Assembly (NCBI GenBank): GCA_001179505.1
Contig: CDMY01000748.1
Coordinates: 62,001-126,000 of the forward strand
Reading direction: 5' to 3'
Origin: Vitrella brassicaformis CCMP3155
Lineage: Eukaryota > Protista > Chromerida
Length of the DNA: 64,000 nt
Both the position numbers and the translations under genes were made by a program. Position 1 is the stretch's first letter, and every line of letters starts with the position of its first letter. The notes under the pieces are model-generated. The model saw only the letters and a program-made list of their open reading frames with translations. It was not told where the DNA came from and ran no database searches. Positions 1 to 12,739 of the stretch are shown here, in pieces.

Positions 1-333
1 ACCAAGCTGGCTTGAGCTTGGATGAAATTATGCGATCAAGGTATGGGAACAGACGAACTTGTGCACTCACACACACGCCACTCATGCCCACCCACATCAT
101 GGATGCATTTTTGGTACCTGTCGCGGTCTCCCTGCCCACTGCTCCAGTCTGCCTGCCAGGAATCGGCAGCCCACATCATCCCATACACACGCTGCTACCT
201 TCATCCCTTCAAACCTCTCTACACACTGACTGGACAAATATCCGTCGGTTGGCACCAACAGACCACAGGCAGGCATATTCCAGTTGACATGAATAAAGAG
301 AGAGAGAAAGAGAGACACGTGCCCTTTGCTTTT

Positions 334-1898
334 TCAGTGGCGCCTGTCGTCCGCCGACACCATGGGCGACAAGGGCGGCGAGCTGGGCGTGTGCACCTGC
401 TCCTCTTCCCTCAGCTCACACGCTGCCGGGGAATCGTCATCCCCATCCTGCTGCTCCTGCTGGTGCTGGTGGTGGTGCTGCTGCTGTTGGCCAGAATGGG
501 TGCTGCTGCTATTCCGGCCTGTCTTACTTGATGACTGGCTGGAAGGGGGGAGGCGGTCCTCAGATGATGCCGACTGCGGTGGTGAGGTGTGCTGGTTGGA
601 CAGAGGGGTGATATCGTGTGGGGAGGAGTCGAGGAGGAAGGGGTGCTGCAGCGCCTCGGCTGCCGTCATCCTGTAGATGTTGTCCTTGACCAAAAGGCGC
701 CGGACCAAGTCGGCAGCCAGTGGAGACACCTGCTGCACAGACAAAACAAAACAAAACAAAACAAAACAAGACTTAGAATGGCCGCTGAGACGCGGGTTTA
801 TCTCACTCTTGTGGTGTAGGGCGGCTCCTCTGTCATGATTTTCTGCAGGACTGTCGTCTCATCGCCTCCATCGAAAGGCATGGTCCCATAAAGGATGCTG
901 TAGGCGATCACACCAGCCTGACGTAATGACACACAAACGCTGCGACCTCTCTCTTTCTGTGTCTCTCTCTCTCTCTCTCTCACTCTCCCCCCAAGGCATG
1001 AAATGAGTGCCTCACCGCCCAGACGTCGGCCGATGGGTCGATCTTTCGATAGACAGACTCTGGGGCGAAGTAGTGCAGCGACCCGCGGGCCTTGGCCTTC
1101 TTGTCATGCGAGTCAGCACCTGATGGCACCTCATCGACGTGTGTGGCAAAACCTGCATGGCCACACATACAGTGTTGAATGGTAGTAAGACATGGTAGAG
1201 AGGCAGCTCACGGACCAAAATCGATGATGCGCAGCAAAGAATCTTCAAAAACGTCATTGTCGAGCTTCAGTTTGCGACTGAACATCACGTTCTCCATCTT
1301 CAAATCCCTGTGGATCCACCCAAGGCCATGGAGATAAGCCAGCCCCTCCAGCACTTGTCTGATAAGCTTCCTGGCAATACTCTCGGGCACCGCGCCATTG
1401 TCATATCGCAGCGAGTACTCTAATAGGTCCCCGCCGGTGCACAAGTCGATGACGAGCACGTACATCGGGTCTCCCGTGTAGAAGTCGTGGCGTTGAATGA
1501 TGTTCTTGTGCTGGTATTTCTTGAGGCATTCGGCCTCATTCAATGCCGACCAGCTCTCGCCCTCATCGGTGTCCGGGGGCTGCTCTCGCGCCGTCTGGTC
1601 CTTCCTCTGCCGCCTGAACTTCTTCTGCCGATAAGTCGCGTCCGTCTGGTTGGTCCTCCTCGTGATCTTCGCCGCCCTCTTCTCGCCTGACTGCTTATGC
1701 TGCACCATGATCACCTTGCCGTATGCACCTGCAGAACGAGAAAGACACAATAGGCATCAACAGTGTCTGATCCATCGCCCGTTGCACCACACAGTGTCAC
1801 TCCGGCTGACCTTCGCCGAGCTCCTGTCCGATCTCATAGTCTTGCAGGAAGGCCGGGGGGAAGACTTCGAGCCCCGCCTTCGAGCCCTTACCGCCCAT
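334..1898 (-). CDS. N-myristoylated Ser/Thr protein kinase (CAMK/CDPK-like catalytic domain, no EF-hands), 5 exons
   Basis: Spliced reading gives MGGKGSK...ELGEG|AYG, AAK, IHRDLKMEN, IIDFG, FAPE, DVWA, GTMPFDG and RMTAAEALQHPF. ATG at 1896-1898 (minus), stop at 334, GT-AG junctions keep frame. Confidence 0.92.
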
Positions 1899-2001
1899 CG
1901 CTGAGAGAAAATCCTCCGAGACGGGGGGCGGGGGGGGGGGCGTTTTGCGAGCTCAGTCTCGAACAACGTCGCATTACCACTGCGCACCTCTCCGTGTTGA
2001 G

Positions 2002-4941
2002 ATGGACGTCAAGTCTTTCCTCCTCTCGTCCATCGTCGGCTTCCCGGCGTCGTGCTTTGTCACATCCATCGTCGCAGCTGCATTCTTCCTCTCACACAGG
2101 CTGGGCTTCCCCCAGTTCGCCCTCCTTCGGCAGATCCTGAGCTCCCTCGCCGCCAATCGCGAGGCAGATGGACGAGGGGGAAGGAGTCACCAGGTGCCAA
2201 ACACGCCAAAAACTGGCGGCTTCGAGGAGGTGCAGCGGAGTGCGGAGGAGACCCTGGGTCTGGCGCTGTGTGTCTTGCTGAGCGGGACTGGATTCATGAG
2301 CCCTTCCGGCATTCTCAAATGGGGCCCGCTACCGATTACACGTAAGCCGCACTACAGTCATCAATTCAGCTCCATATGCGTGCATTCACTCTTCCTGCCT
2401 TGCTTGTTCGTTTGTTTGTTTGTTTGTATCCAAATCACCGTCATGCCCTCTGCCATCATCCATATCAGTATCGGTGTAAGACACAACTATGCGCAGCCAC
2501 TCACTGGCCCTGCGAATACGTGTCGCTTTTCGCCTTCAGGTGTGCGACATACGGTGTCTTTTTCAGCATTTTGCGCTTTATCGAAGTCCATATGATTTGC
2601 TCCTTCCCCTGGAGGGGATCACGCAGACGCATCTCTCGTCTCTTGTCGCCGATCCACAGGCGAATGGCCAATAGAAACCCAGGCTTCGGCCCCGCTATCC
2701 GCAGGAGATCGTCGCTCGGCGCGAGAGGCATCACTCAGGGAATTAGGTAAGCCGGAAACCATGCAGCTGTCTGCTGTTCCACGGCTATTCCCCTTCCCTC
2801 CCTCTCTCCCTCCTTCCCTTGTCTGTGTCAGTTTCTTCGTGTCTCGTCTCGTGCCGTCGTCCAATCTTTCCCTCCTCTACTGCTCTCTCCTGTTTGTGCT
2901 CCTCGGCACGTCAATGGCGATCCAGGCGAGAGGGATTGCTGCCGTGGTCACCGTTCCCTCTCCTATTGTGGCCTTCACTTGCGGCCTGCTGGTGCTGACC
3001 CTTCTGCTGTGGCCGCCTGGGAGGATGTCGGGCCTCCCTTGTTGCGTGCTGAGCTGGTGTGGCTATGTCAAGCTTCTGGGAACGATGGCCTTGCTGACGG
3101 TGGGCTGCGCGATGCGGCTGATCAAGAGGAGCAATCAGGTAAGTCTGAGACTGGTTCTCACGGACGAAGCACGCTGTCTCCATTTCTCCCTTTGTGTGGC
3201 GGTGTAGGCTTGTGGTGTGAGCTGGCCGCCGCCTGCATGGACGGTGGAGAACATGCGGGAGACGCTGAGGGGCTGGGATGTCGCGGCCTACACTTTCTAC
3301 GTGAGAGACATCATCCTCTGGACCCTCATATCGTCCGAGAGCGGTCTGGGAACAGCTGCGCTGCTCTTCCAAGAGGCCGAAAACACCCCAAAGCAGCGCC
3401 TCGAGTTGAGCTCTCTAGCCACGCTCAGCAGCTGGCTCTTCCTGCCTGTCCCCGTGTGCCTTCTGGCTCTCGCAAGCCTGATGGACGAGGGATGCGATAA
3501 GGGGAAAGTGGCTCACGCAGGGGAGAATGGAGCTATATTTCTCAGTGACGTGCTGGAGTCTTCCCTGACGAGCCGACATGTAAGCGCCTTGAGAGTCCAA
3601 GCTCTGAGGAGAGACTACTCGGATGTGTGTGTACATCGCCTTCTAGAGCGGTCTTGTGAGGGCATGGGTGGGCGCAATGGCATTGACGTCATTCCTGACG
3701 ACAGCCCTCGTCATGAGACACTTCCAGACTTCACCAGGTACACCAATGCCGAGGATACTGAGACAAGAGAAGTGTCGATCCACCATTTTTTTGTGTGTGT
3801 GTGTTGGCTGCAGGCGGCTTCAGCGCCACAGTCGTGCTGGCACTGGTCCCCTTGATTGGCGTGGCATTCAGCGAAGAGGACCTGATGCTGTTCCACAAGT
3901 TGCTGGCCATCCCCCTCCTGTGTCTCACGGTGCTGACCATGCTCATCTGGTCAAAAAGAATACGGTCAGTGCACAGAACAAAGATGCCTCAGTGCAGCGA
4001 TACATACAATCATGTCTTCCTTGTCTCCTCTGTGTCTCAGTGAGAACTTGGAGTGGGATTGTCAGCCCAAAGACCTGCCGGCCATCAACCTCATCGAATG
4101 CGACGGCAACGTCAAGTCACTGGTGGCCCCAAGGATCCCATCACCTCGCATGGAGCACCCCTTTTACCCCCACACCGCCGAGGCACCTGCAGCGCCCTCA
4201 ACCCCTTCATCATCAGACGAGGCGGGGTCAGCCAGCGAGGACGAGCCGAGCGTTGTCAAGGATGCTTCGTTGGACACCACGAGACAGCGGGCTGTGCTGT
4301 TCCTGCCTCTAGGTGCCAACAAGGAAACCGCGCTGACTCTGCCGACGGCCGACGTCAGCCCGCAAGAACGAGAAAGCAATCCTGTCGAAGCACGCGTCAG
4401 CCCTTTCCTGCCGTCTCTGTCTTTGCCACTGATGGGGCCACCAGGCAATGGCGAGACATCATCGGAATCAGCAGCAGCAGCAGCAGGGGCCCCTCCCCCC
4501 TCCCTCCTCGCCCCCCGGATCGCCCTCAGCGGCACCTTTGCCACCCTTGCTGACGTGCCGACCGACTCTCCCACGCTGCGAAGGACGCTCAGTCATCCAC
4601 TGAGTGCTTTAAATGACGAAGAGGGGTCCCCATCGATGAGAAGGCGACACCCCGCAGCTGCCAACGCGCGTGCGGCCCGCCTGCGGCTTCCCACCACTCA
4701 TCTGTCTGTACAGCTCTTCCAAGACAAGTACGCCTCGGCTATGCTCAAGAAGAGAATCGCCAGCGGTATGGACGAGAAGAGGCCGCAGTCAGCTGAGCAG
4801 CGGCAGGAGGGGGAGATGGGGGCTGGAATGCCACCAGCCGCATCGGCCAAGAGAAGGCCCGTGCGGACACGGACGGCGCCGGCGCGGTCGCCGGTGGGCT
4901 TTCTGGCGAGGATGCTGACGAACGATGCTGACGAGACATGA
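2002..4941 (+). CDS. Multi-exon hypothetical multi-pass membrane protein with long Ser/Pro-rich C-terminal tail
   Basis: ATG at 2002. Several hydrophobic segments lie in consecutive exons (ORFs 1945-2595, 2761-3207, 3217-3855, 3795-4043), with GTAAG donors at ~2341, ~2747 and ~3138. Terminal exon is in ORF 4012-4941. No family recognised. Confidence 0.55.
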
Positions 4942-5367
4942 GAGTTGTGGCGGGGCGTCGTGTTATGCGTTTTGCTGTGCTGTGGTGTGTGTGTGCCCTG
5001 TCTGTCGGTTTTGTGCCTCTCTGTTTGCTGCCTGCGTCCTACTTTGGGGGCTGCAGGCGTCCATCTTTGTGGAATGGGTCGTTGACGATCGTCCGTGATT
5101 GGACTTTTTGACGCTTCATCCACTCGATTGATGTGCCAGACGACAGACGTCCGTCCATCCATCCACACATTGACCACCCGTGAAGCAGCCATGCAGGCGA
5201 CAGCACCTTCATATATACAGCCAGCCATGCAGCCAGGGTAGCAAGCTCTCTATCCAGCAAATGCACACACACACACACACAGACGCTCCCCCTCCAGGAG
5301 CAGAGAATCCGCTCACCCCACCCGATGACCACCCATTTCTCTCCCTCCCCCTTCCCTCCATCCTTGC

Positions 5368-6350
5368 CTATGTATCACGGTTGAGGGGCTCGCGCATGAT
5401 CTTGGTGAAGTCCTCCTTGGTGATGAAGTACTTGTCCTTGTCCTCTGTCTTGCCCTTATCTGTGCCTGTATACACACACGAACACACGCACATACGCACA
5501 GCGCCGGGAGGGCGGGTGCACATCTTCCCATCCATCCATCCATCTCGTTGTGTGTGTGCGTGTGGGTTACCCGATGCGAACATCTTGATCATTCCCGTGA
5601 GGTCGTCCTCGTCCATGGTCTCGCCCACCTTCTCCGCTACCTGCACCGACACACACACACACACACACACACATGCACACAGGAAGCCCTGTTCTTAGCG
5701 CCACTGCCTCTTCCCCTTGGCAGCACAGATGCACTCACGCGTACGTACCTTTTTGAGTTCACTGAGTGTGATCTTGCCGTCCGCTCCCCCGAAACTTATC
5801 CACGCCTTGTCGATGTCGTTGTCACTCGAATCGGGGCCCTGCATCAGCCACACACACGAGATTGACCATCCGCCGCTTATCCAATCCATCTCCCCTTTGT
5901 CTGTACCAGTTTGGCGCTCATGGTCTTGCGGAACTCGTCCCAACTGATGTTGTTGTCCCCGCCCTGGTCCACGTTGCCAAACACCCTCCCACACGCCTCT
6001 TCCGCCTGCGACTCGCTAAACCTGTGGACAAACAAATCCCACACACGCACTCACACATGCCACTTGTCCACGGAATGACGGACGACTGGAGTGGCCTTAC
6101 TACTGACTGCTTACGTACCCGATTTGCATCATCCGTTGCTTGACCTCCTTCTTCTCTATCTCTCCACTCTTGTCCTCGTCAAACAGGTCAAACGCACGCT
6201 CGATCTCCTTGCGCTCAGCCTCCTCCAGCTGCCTCTGCAACCACCACCGCCACACACGGAATGAAATTGGAGGTTGGTGTTGTATGCTCTGTTGCCTACC
6301 GCAGTGGTCGGCGGCGACGACACGTTGGAAGCCCCCTGCATCTCGGACAA
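5368..6350 (-). CDS. Centrin/calmodulin-like EF-hand protein, tandem copy A
   Basis: Exons read RAFDLFDEDKSGEIEKKE, VDQGGDNNISWDEF, FGGADGKITLSELKK, VAEKVGETMDEDDLTGMIKMF and ITKEDFTKIM. Four-EF-hand centrin-like layout. Confidence 0.85.
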
Positions 6351-7082
6351 CTATTCCTTTGTTATTCCCTCTTTTGCTTTCCCTCGCACTGCGAGCTTAC
6401 CAGAAAAGCTGGCGATCCACTCGCGGAACGGGAAAACGTCCACGAAAGCTGTATGCATGAGTACAGAAGCCAGCTTCCTGCCCAGACTCACACACCAGCT
6501 CCTGAGCCAAAAACAGCAGCTTTTCCATTGCAAATGACTGATTCTTCATCAGTGCGTGTTGCTGGACCACCCGAGTGCCTCTCCCACTCAAAAACATGCT
6601 GTTTGCGCCAATGACTGAAGGAGCTGGCTCCTTTGAACCACAGCTTTCTCATTGCAAGACACACACAAGACACCACACCACCCTTCGTAGTGCACAGGTG
6701 GCAGATGGACAGTCACAGACACGCCCGCGCGAAATGTCAAAAAGGTGGCTTATTGGTCCCCGACTCTCGTCCCAGTCGGTCATTGACGATCGTCTGTGAT
6801 TGGACTTTTTGACGCTTCTGCATCCACTCGATTGACGTGCCAGACGACAGACGTCCGTCCATCCATCCATCCGTCCGTCCATCCATCCACACACTGACCA
6901 CCCGTGAAGCAAGCATGCAGGCGACAACACCTTCATATATACAGCCAGCCATGCAGCCAGGGTAGCAAGCTCTCTATCCCAGCAAATGCACACACACACA
7001 CCTACACCTACACAGACGCTCCCCCTCCAGGAGCAGAGCCCATTTCTCTCCCTCCCCGATTGCCTCCCTCCTTGCCTGTGTA

Positions 7083-8034
7083 TCACGATGTGTCTGTCTC
7101 TGTGAGGGGCTTTTTCATGATCTTGGTGAAGTCCTCATACTTGATGAAGTTGCCATCCTTGCCTGAACAGACACATACACGCACATACGCACATCGCAGG
7201 GAGGGCGGGTGCAATGTCCACACATCCATCCATCCATCCATCTCGTTGTGTGTGTGCGTGTGCCCTACTCGCGAACATCTTGATCATTTCCTTGAGTTCG
7301 TCCTCAGTCACGGTGTCGCCCAATGTCTTCGCTGCCTGAATCGACACACACACATATACACAGGAAGCCCTGGTCTTAACGCCACTGCCTCTTCCCTTGT
7401 AGACAGCACAGGTGCACTCGAGCGTACGTACCTTTTTGAGTTCATTGAGTGTGATCCGGCCGTCCGCTCCCCCGAACTCCATCCACACCTTGCTGATCTC
7501 GCTGTCACTCGAGTCGGGGCCCTGCGCATTCATTGCACAGATGACATTGACCATCCGCCGCTCATCCACTCCATCTCCCCTTTGTCCGTCCGTCCCACAT
7601 ACTGCCTGCCTGTACCAGTTTGTCGCTCATGACACTGTAGAACTCCTCCCAACTGATGTTGTTGTCCCCGCCCTTGTCCACGGTGCTCAACACCTTGTCC
7701 AACGCACCTAAACTCTTGGCATCGCGAAACCTGTGGACAAATTCCACACACGCACACACGTCACACGCACACACCAGACGGATGGATGGATGGAATCCCC
7801 GACCGCTTACCCAAGTTCGTGCAGCCGTTCCAGTATCTCGTCTTTTTCTATCTGTCCGCTGCCATCCTGGTCAAACAGGTCAAACGCACGCTTGATCTGC
7901 TGGGTCTCGGGGTCCTTCAAATCAATATGATCCTGCAACCACAGCCACCACCGCCACACGGAATGAAATGGAGGCTGGTGGCTGTATGCCGTGTTGCTTA
8001 CCGCAGTGGTCGGCGCCCTACCGATCATTTCCAA
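7083..8034 (-). CDS. Centrin/calmodulin-like EF-hand protein, tandem copy B
   Basis: Exons read RAFDLFDQDGSGQIEKDE, VDKGGDNNISWEEF, FGGADGRITLNELKK, AAKTLGDTVTEDELKEMIKMF and FIKYEDFTKIMKK. Same intron positions as copy A. Confidence 0.85.
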
Positions 8035-8241
8035 CGACTACTCCTTTTCGCTTTTTTCCAGCAGCCGGTTTCGAGGATCCGCTTGTGCGAGCCGTAGGCC
8101 GACCGGCGGGAACCAACCCGCAACCATTTCACCTTTTCTCGCCATCGTAACTATCGTGTGGGGCATCAGGTGAGGCAAGGAAGCCAAAGAAACAAACGAA
8201 GTGCCGGATCCTTTCATCCTTGTGTGTTGTATTCAGGGTCA

Positions 8242-10058
8242 ATGGCATCCATGAGGCAGCTGACCCGCGTTGAGGCCACATCCCGCCTCGACACGCAGAT
8301 CGTCACTCTCCTCGAGGGCATCGACGCCCAGCGTGCAGAGATCGCATCCACTTACAACGCGGGCAAACTGCTGACTGACCACGGCGCCTCTGACGGCTCG
8401 GCGGCCTCAGCTGCTGACGACCTGCTGGGGCTCAACATCGGCGGGAGTCTGTGCTCTATGCGTCGGAAGCACATGACGCTGGTGGAGGGCACGACGCTCG
8501 CATCGCTCTTCTCGGGCAGATGGGATCGGCGATTCGTCCGCGACGGCGACAGCCGTGTGTTCCTGGACGTCTGTCCCGCTGCGTTTGAGGCCATCCAAGA
8601 CGCCATCTATGCCGATGGGAAGGAGGCAGTGGCGCATTTGATGGGCGAAGCCGCCAAGAGAAACCACCAAGGTGTGTGCGGGGGCAGAGAAGAAACGAAC
8701 TATGCAGGACGATGGCATGCATGTGTGTCCGTGTTTGTAGGGCCGCATGATTTCTGGTTCTTGAAGCTGCTCACGAGTCCAGCATCACAGCACCACCCGC
8801 GTGACGACGGGCCTGCAGATGACCACATCGACGCTGCAGACATGCCATCCATCTCGAAGGGCAAGGTGCCAAGGCTTCATGGCTTTGTCGCTGCCGTGGA
8901 GAGCTTCCTCAATGGATACCTCGCCAAACACGCGGAGGTCGAGAAAATGCGCCGTGAGAAGAAGGCGGAATGTGCCGAACTGATGGCTGAGATCAAGGTC
9001 AGGGTAGTCGCGATGAATGGCAGCAGTTCTTTCGTCACCGGTTGTGGTCTGTTGTGTGTTTTGCAGGCCTTCACATCCTTCCTGAAGCCGCTCGCTGGTG
9101 ATGGTGCCATCCGGTCGGTCACGGTGAGTGGCAGGACTCTCTCTACGACACAGGCGACCGTCGACGAGATGAGCGACACACTCAGGAACCGATTCGACTT
9201 GTATGCACACATGAAACGAACACGCAAGGTTGGTGCTTCCCTTCTGATGCTACATGTCTTTCCCTTCAGGTGGCCGGCTCCCATTGAGGACGTGCCTGTC
9301 GACCACGTCCGTCGACTGATCGACCACTACCGCCGCAAACGCCACGCGGCTGGGGCCGGTGGCGCACAGCTCAGTGTTGGGGTGGATGTGCCTCTCCGTA
9401 TAGCCGGCTCGGTCGAGCAGCACTGGTTCCGCAAGACAGCCACCATGTACGGCGTCGACTTGTCGATGCATGGGCTGTACGGCGTCGACGTGTCGATGTA
9501 TGGGCTGGAGAAGACGCTGCTCAGCGACAGCAGCCTCACGGCGAGCCTGATGGAGTGTCTACAGGGCGCAGGGGTCGGACATCCGACCAAGATCCAACAC
9601 CGAGGCAGGTCCGTGAGCTGAGGACATCAGTATATCTGCCTGTAGACGGACACGTACATATTTGGTGTCCCTTGATTGTCAGTGCTGGCGACTCATCGCT
9701 GTTTCCCTTCTTCGAACAAGCCGCGATTCCCTCCCACGTGTGCCTCATTCGCTTGGGCGAGGCGTCTGTCGTGGGCTGGATCTACAACAAGCCGGAGCAG
9801 GTGATCCACCTCGTCTCACTGAGCCCCGAGCCCAAGTGCGTGAGGCTGCCGATTGATGGGGACCACACAGTCGTTGTCGACAGGAACGCATCGATTCGGG
9901 TGGGAACGTTGGCACGGTACTTTGGGTTGAGGCTGTACGGAGGCGCTTTCACGTTTCACGGCTTTGGAGGCAATCCGGACGATCGTCGGAGAAGAGTTCA
10001 TGCTGTGGTTCCTGAACGGGGGCATTTCTCTGCTGCTGAGGTCTTTGGGCTGCTGTGA
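8242..10058 (+). CDS. KCTD-type BTB/POZ + coiled coil + degenerate second BTB + divergent TLDc domain protein
   Basis: BTB motif LNIGG...TLASLFSGRWD...RVFLD. Introns at 8672-8740, 8998-9066, 9201-9269 and 9609-9682 splice in frame into HRGSAGDSS...VCLIRLG...VVGWIY...FSAAEVFGLL, which resembles the TLDc pattern. Confidence 0.8.
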
Positions 10059-10369
10059 CAGCGCTTCTTGTCCATCAGTCGTTTTTCTCGTGTTGCATGG
10101 CTCGACGGACGAATCTGGGATCATGTTTGTTTCGAGTTTGTGTCTGCAAACGTGTTTGTGTCACTGTCGCACGGTGGCGTCACACGTGTGGCGCCGCTTT
10201 ATGGGGAAGTGCAGTGCAGTGATCTTGCTGTCGTGCTAAGCGGCTCACGCATGGATGTACGGGCGCTCCATCTCGTGTGCGTTTGGTTCTTATTTCTTTC
10301 ATTGAACAATGTGTACTCGATTGAATGAATCTTCGCTCGTGCGTTCGTGCGAATGTCTTTGTCGACTCA

Positions 10370-12739
10370 CTAGCTGGTGCCGAACATGGCCAAGAGCTTC
10401 GGATGCACACTCACGACACCACCACTACTACCACCATCACCACCGCCACGCCCATCCACAGCCCCTTCCCCATTCACCGACACGTCCACACGAGCACTCT
10501 CTGCTTTTGCAGCTGTTCCATCTGTCTGCCACCCCGTCGACAGATCAGCCAGCAGCTCTGGGCGGTGTGTCCTCAGAGCCTCCTCCAACTCCATCCACAA
10601 ACCTGCATGCCGACCTTCAGACACACCTGATGTAGGGATGGATGACCACGCACACAATCTCACACCGGGGAATAATACACGAGCCTCGCTCTCAGTTGAC
10701 AGCTCACTGACCTGAGACTTGTTCTGGCTTGAACCTGAGGAACTTTGCCGTGGCGCGGAGGCCCCTGGGGGAAACGAAGTTCTGAGTGATGGCAAAGGTG
10801 TCGTCCTCCAGGTTGAGGACGGCGTGCCACCATCCCCGTGGGATGAACAGCAGCTCCCCGGCACACACTGTGGCCTCCAGAGGCCTCACACCACCTGCAC
10901 AAAGACAGCACACACACAACGCACAGATGGGATGAATGCGTATTGGTGGAGTCCGCTTGCCACACCGCTTACCGTAGTCTGCTTGTTGGGTGGCGTCGTA
11001 GAAGTTGAGTAACCACTCGACGAGCGACACTGGCTGGGTGACCTCTGCCCCCCCACGAGATGGCGACACGCCAGGCGGCACGTGGCCGGGGGGAAGCATA
11101 AACCACTTCTTCGCACCTACAGGCAGCACAGCAACCGACAGGAACAAATCGCATCGTGTTGATGGATGGAGTCCCTGCACGGCCGTCGCTACTTTATCAC
11201 CCACCTCTAATGACGCCGTTCCACGCCGAAGTGGCGTTTGGGTCGACGTGCCACTTGCTGCCGGATCGACGGTTGCCAATCAACAGCCACCTGACATAGA
11301 CACACACAACCCACACACACGAACAGACGTACCGGTACAATGTGTCATCGATCCATCCTTTCTCTTCTAATGACCGGAAGTTTGGTCTTTGTGGTAGAAG
11401 TGCGAACATGTCCTCAGCGAAGTACTGCGGCGGTGTGTAGTCGTCGGCCATGAAGGGGGCCCTGTCGGCGAACTTGGGGTCGAATATGAAGAGGGGGTTG
11501 TCGTCCTCATTCGCATCGGCATACGCGAAGAAATCACGGAGCGACATATCAACTGACAGACAGGGGGTCGGCGAAGGAGGAAGGACACACATGCTATGAG
11601 GCTTTTGATTTTGTGTGTGATGTGCCTGCTACCTGGCCCAGCGGTGAATTTGACATGGCCGGCACGTTTGAGCAAGTGCTCACGGCTCCACTTGCCGTAG
11701 GCGGGCCACCTGTCAACCACACCTGACCGGACATCAATACACGGCCGGCGTGATCGTCTTTGTGTCTGCATCGACTGTGTGTTGCATTCTCACTCACCTC
11801 TAATGATGACAGGCACATTGGGCGTCTCGTACTCACGGATAGAATCACCCACAGACAGGGCGGCCGCATCTCGGCGATCAATTGTCTCAGTGCACAACCA
11901 CCTGGAACACAAAGGCACAACGCAGGAGTGTCGTCTCGGCGCATCCACCGACCACCACTCTTCTCACCGTCTCTTGAGGGGCACTGATGCACAGTGGAAG
12001 CGTTGGAAGAGCCAGTCGGAATAGAATGACGGCACGCGGACCGATGCAGGCGCCACCGAATTGACCCCTTTTCTGTGCGTCATGGTCAGCCAAGTGCATC
12101 GCCAGTCCTTGTGGTACTGAAAACCATCCCTGAAGTCATCCGTAACACGCTGAGCGAGGCGCAAAACGACACACGAACGAGGTGAGATACCACAGTGGGG
12201 GGGCGGTGTGCATCATGTGTATGCACTTCACCTGCATCCACAGCTCTTCGTGGTTGGCGAAGACGTAGAAGCTGCGCGACACACGGGCCACCCTTCCCAG
12301 CTCCACACACGTCAAGTGCTCAAACACGGTGCACACCTGACAACACAAATCATGCACACACATCAGCGGACCATCACAAGGCCACATGCATCCCTGTGAG
12401 TGCACCCACCGCAAAGTCACTGAGTGGCTTGAGCATTCCAAGGCCCGCATCTCGGCAGTTGCGGCCTCCATCGATGAGCAGGTTGCCCAGTGGCCGAATC
12501 TGATGGATGGACGAAACACACAAGCACACAAGCAGAGAGAGGCAGCGCATGAGGCGTTTGACTCATCCCTCTTTATCTTGCTGTACCCCGATCGGATGTG
12601 ACGATCTCGGACGCTTGCTGGGAGGCTCCACCGTCGCAGTATCGGCACGGGAGAGGTGCTCGGCTGCCTTTCTGACAGTGCTTGATGACGTTTTCGAGCT
12701 GCTCATGGAAGATCGCAGCCCAGTTTCTTCAAGTGTCAT
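10370..12739 (-). CDS. F-box + JmjC domain 2-oxoglutarate oxygenase (JMJD6/JMJ22-like); start approximate
   Basis: HP.G..PLGN...AGLG motif, F-box-like [22 protein letters not shown], Jmj[17 protein letters not shown] and [18 protein letters not shown]. The HxD...H iron triad is intact. Confidence 0.9.

Noticed and set aside
334-8034. Kinase and EF-hand genes on the same strand as a split CDPK
   Set aside because: The EF-hand genes lie upstream of the kinase, have their own start and stop codons, and are separated from it by an opposite-strand gene.
9460-9510. Short tandem repeat (MYGVDLSMHGLYGVDVSMYG) resembling a repeat-spacer unit
   Set aside because: Two in-frame coding repeats only; not a CRISPR array. 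None is seen anywhere in the window.
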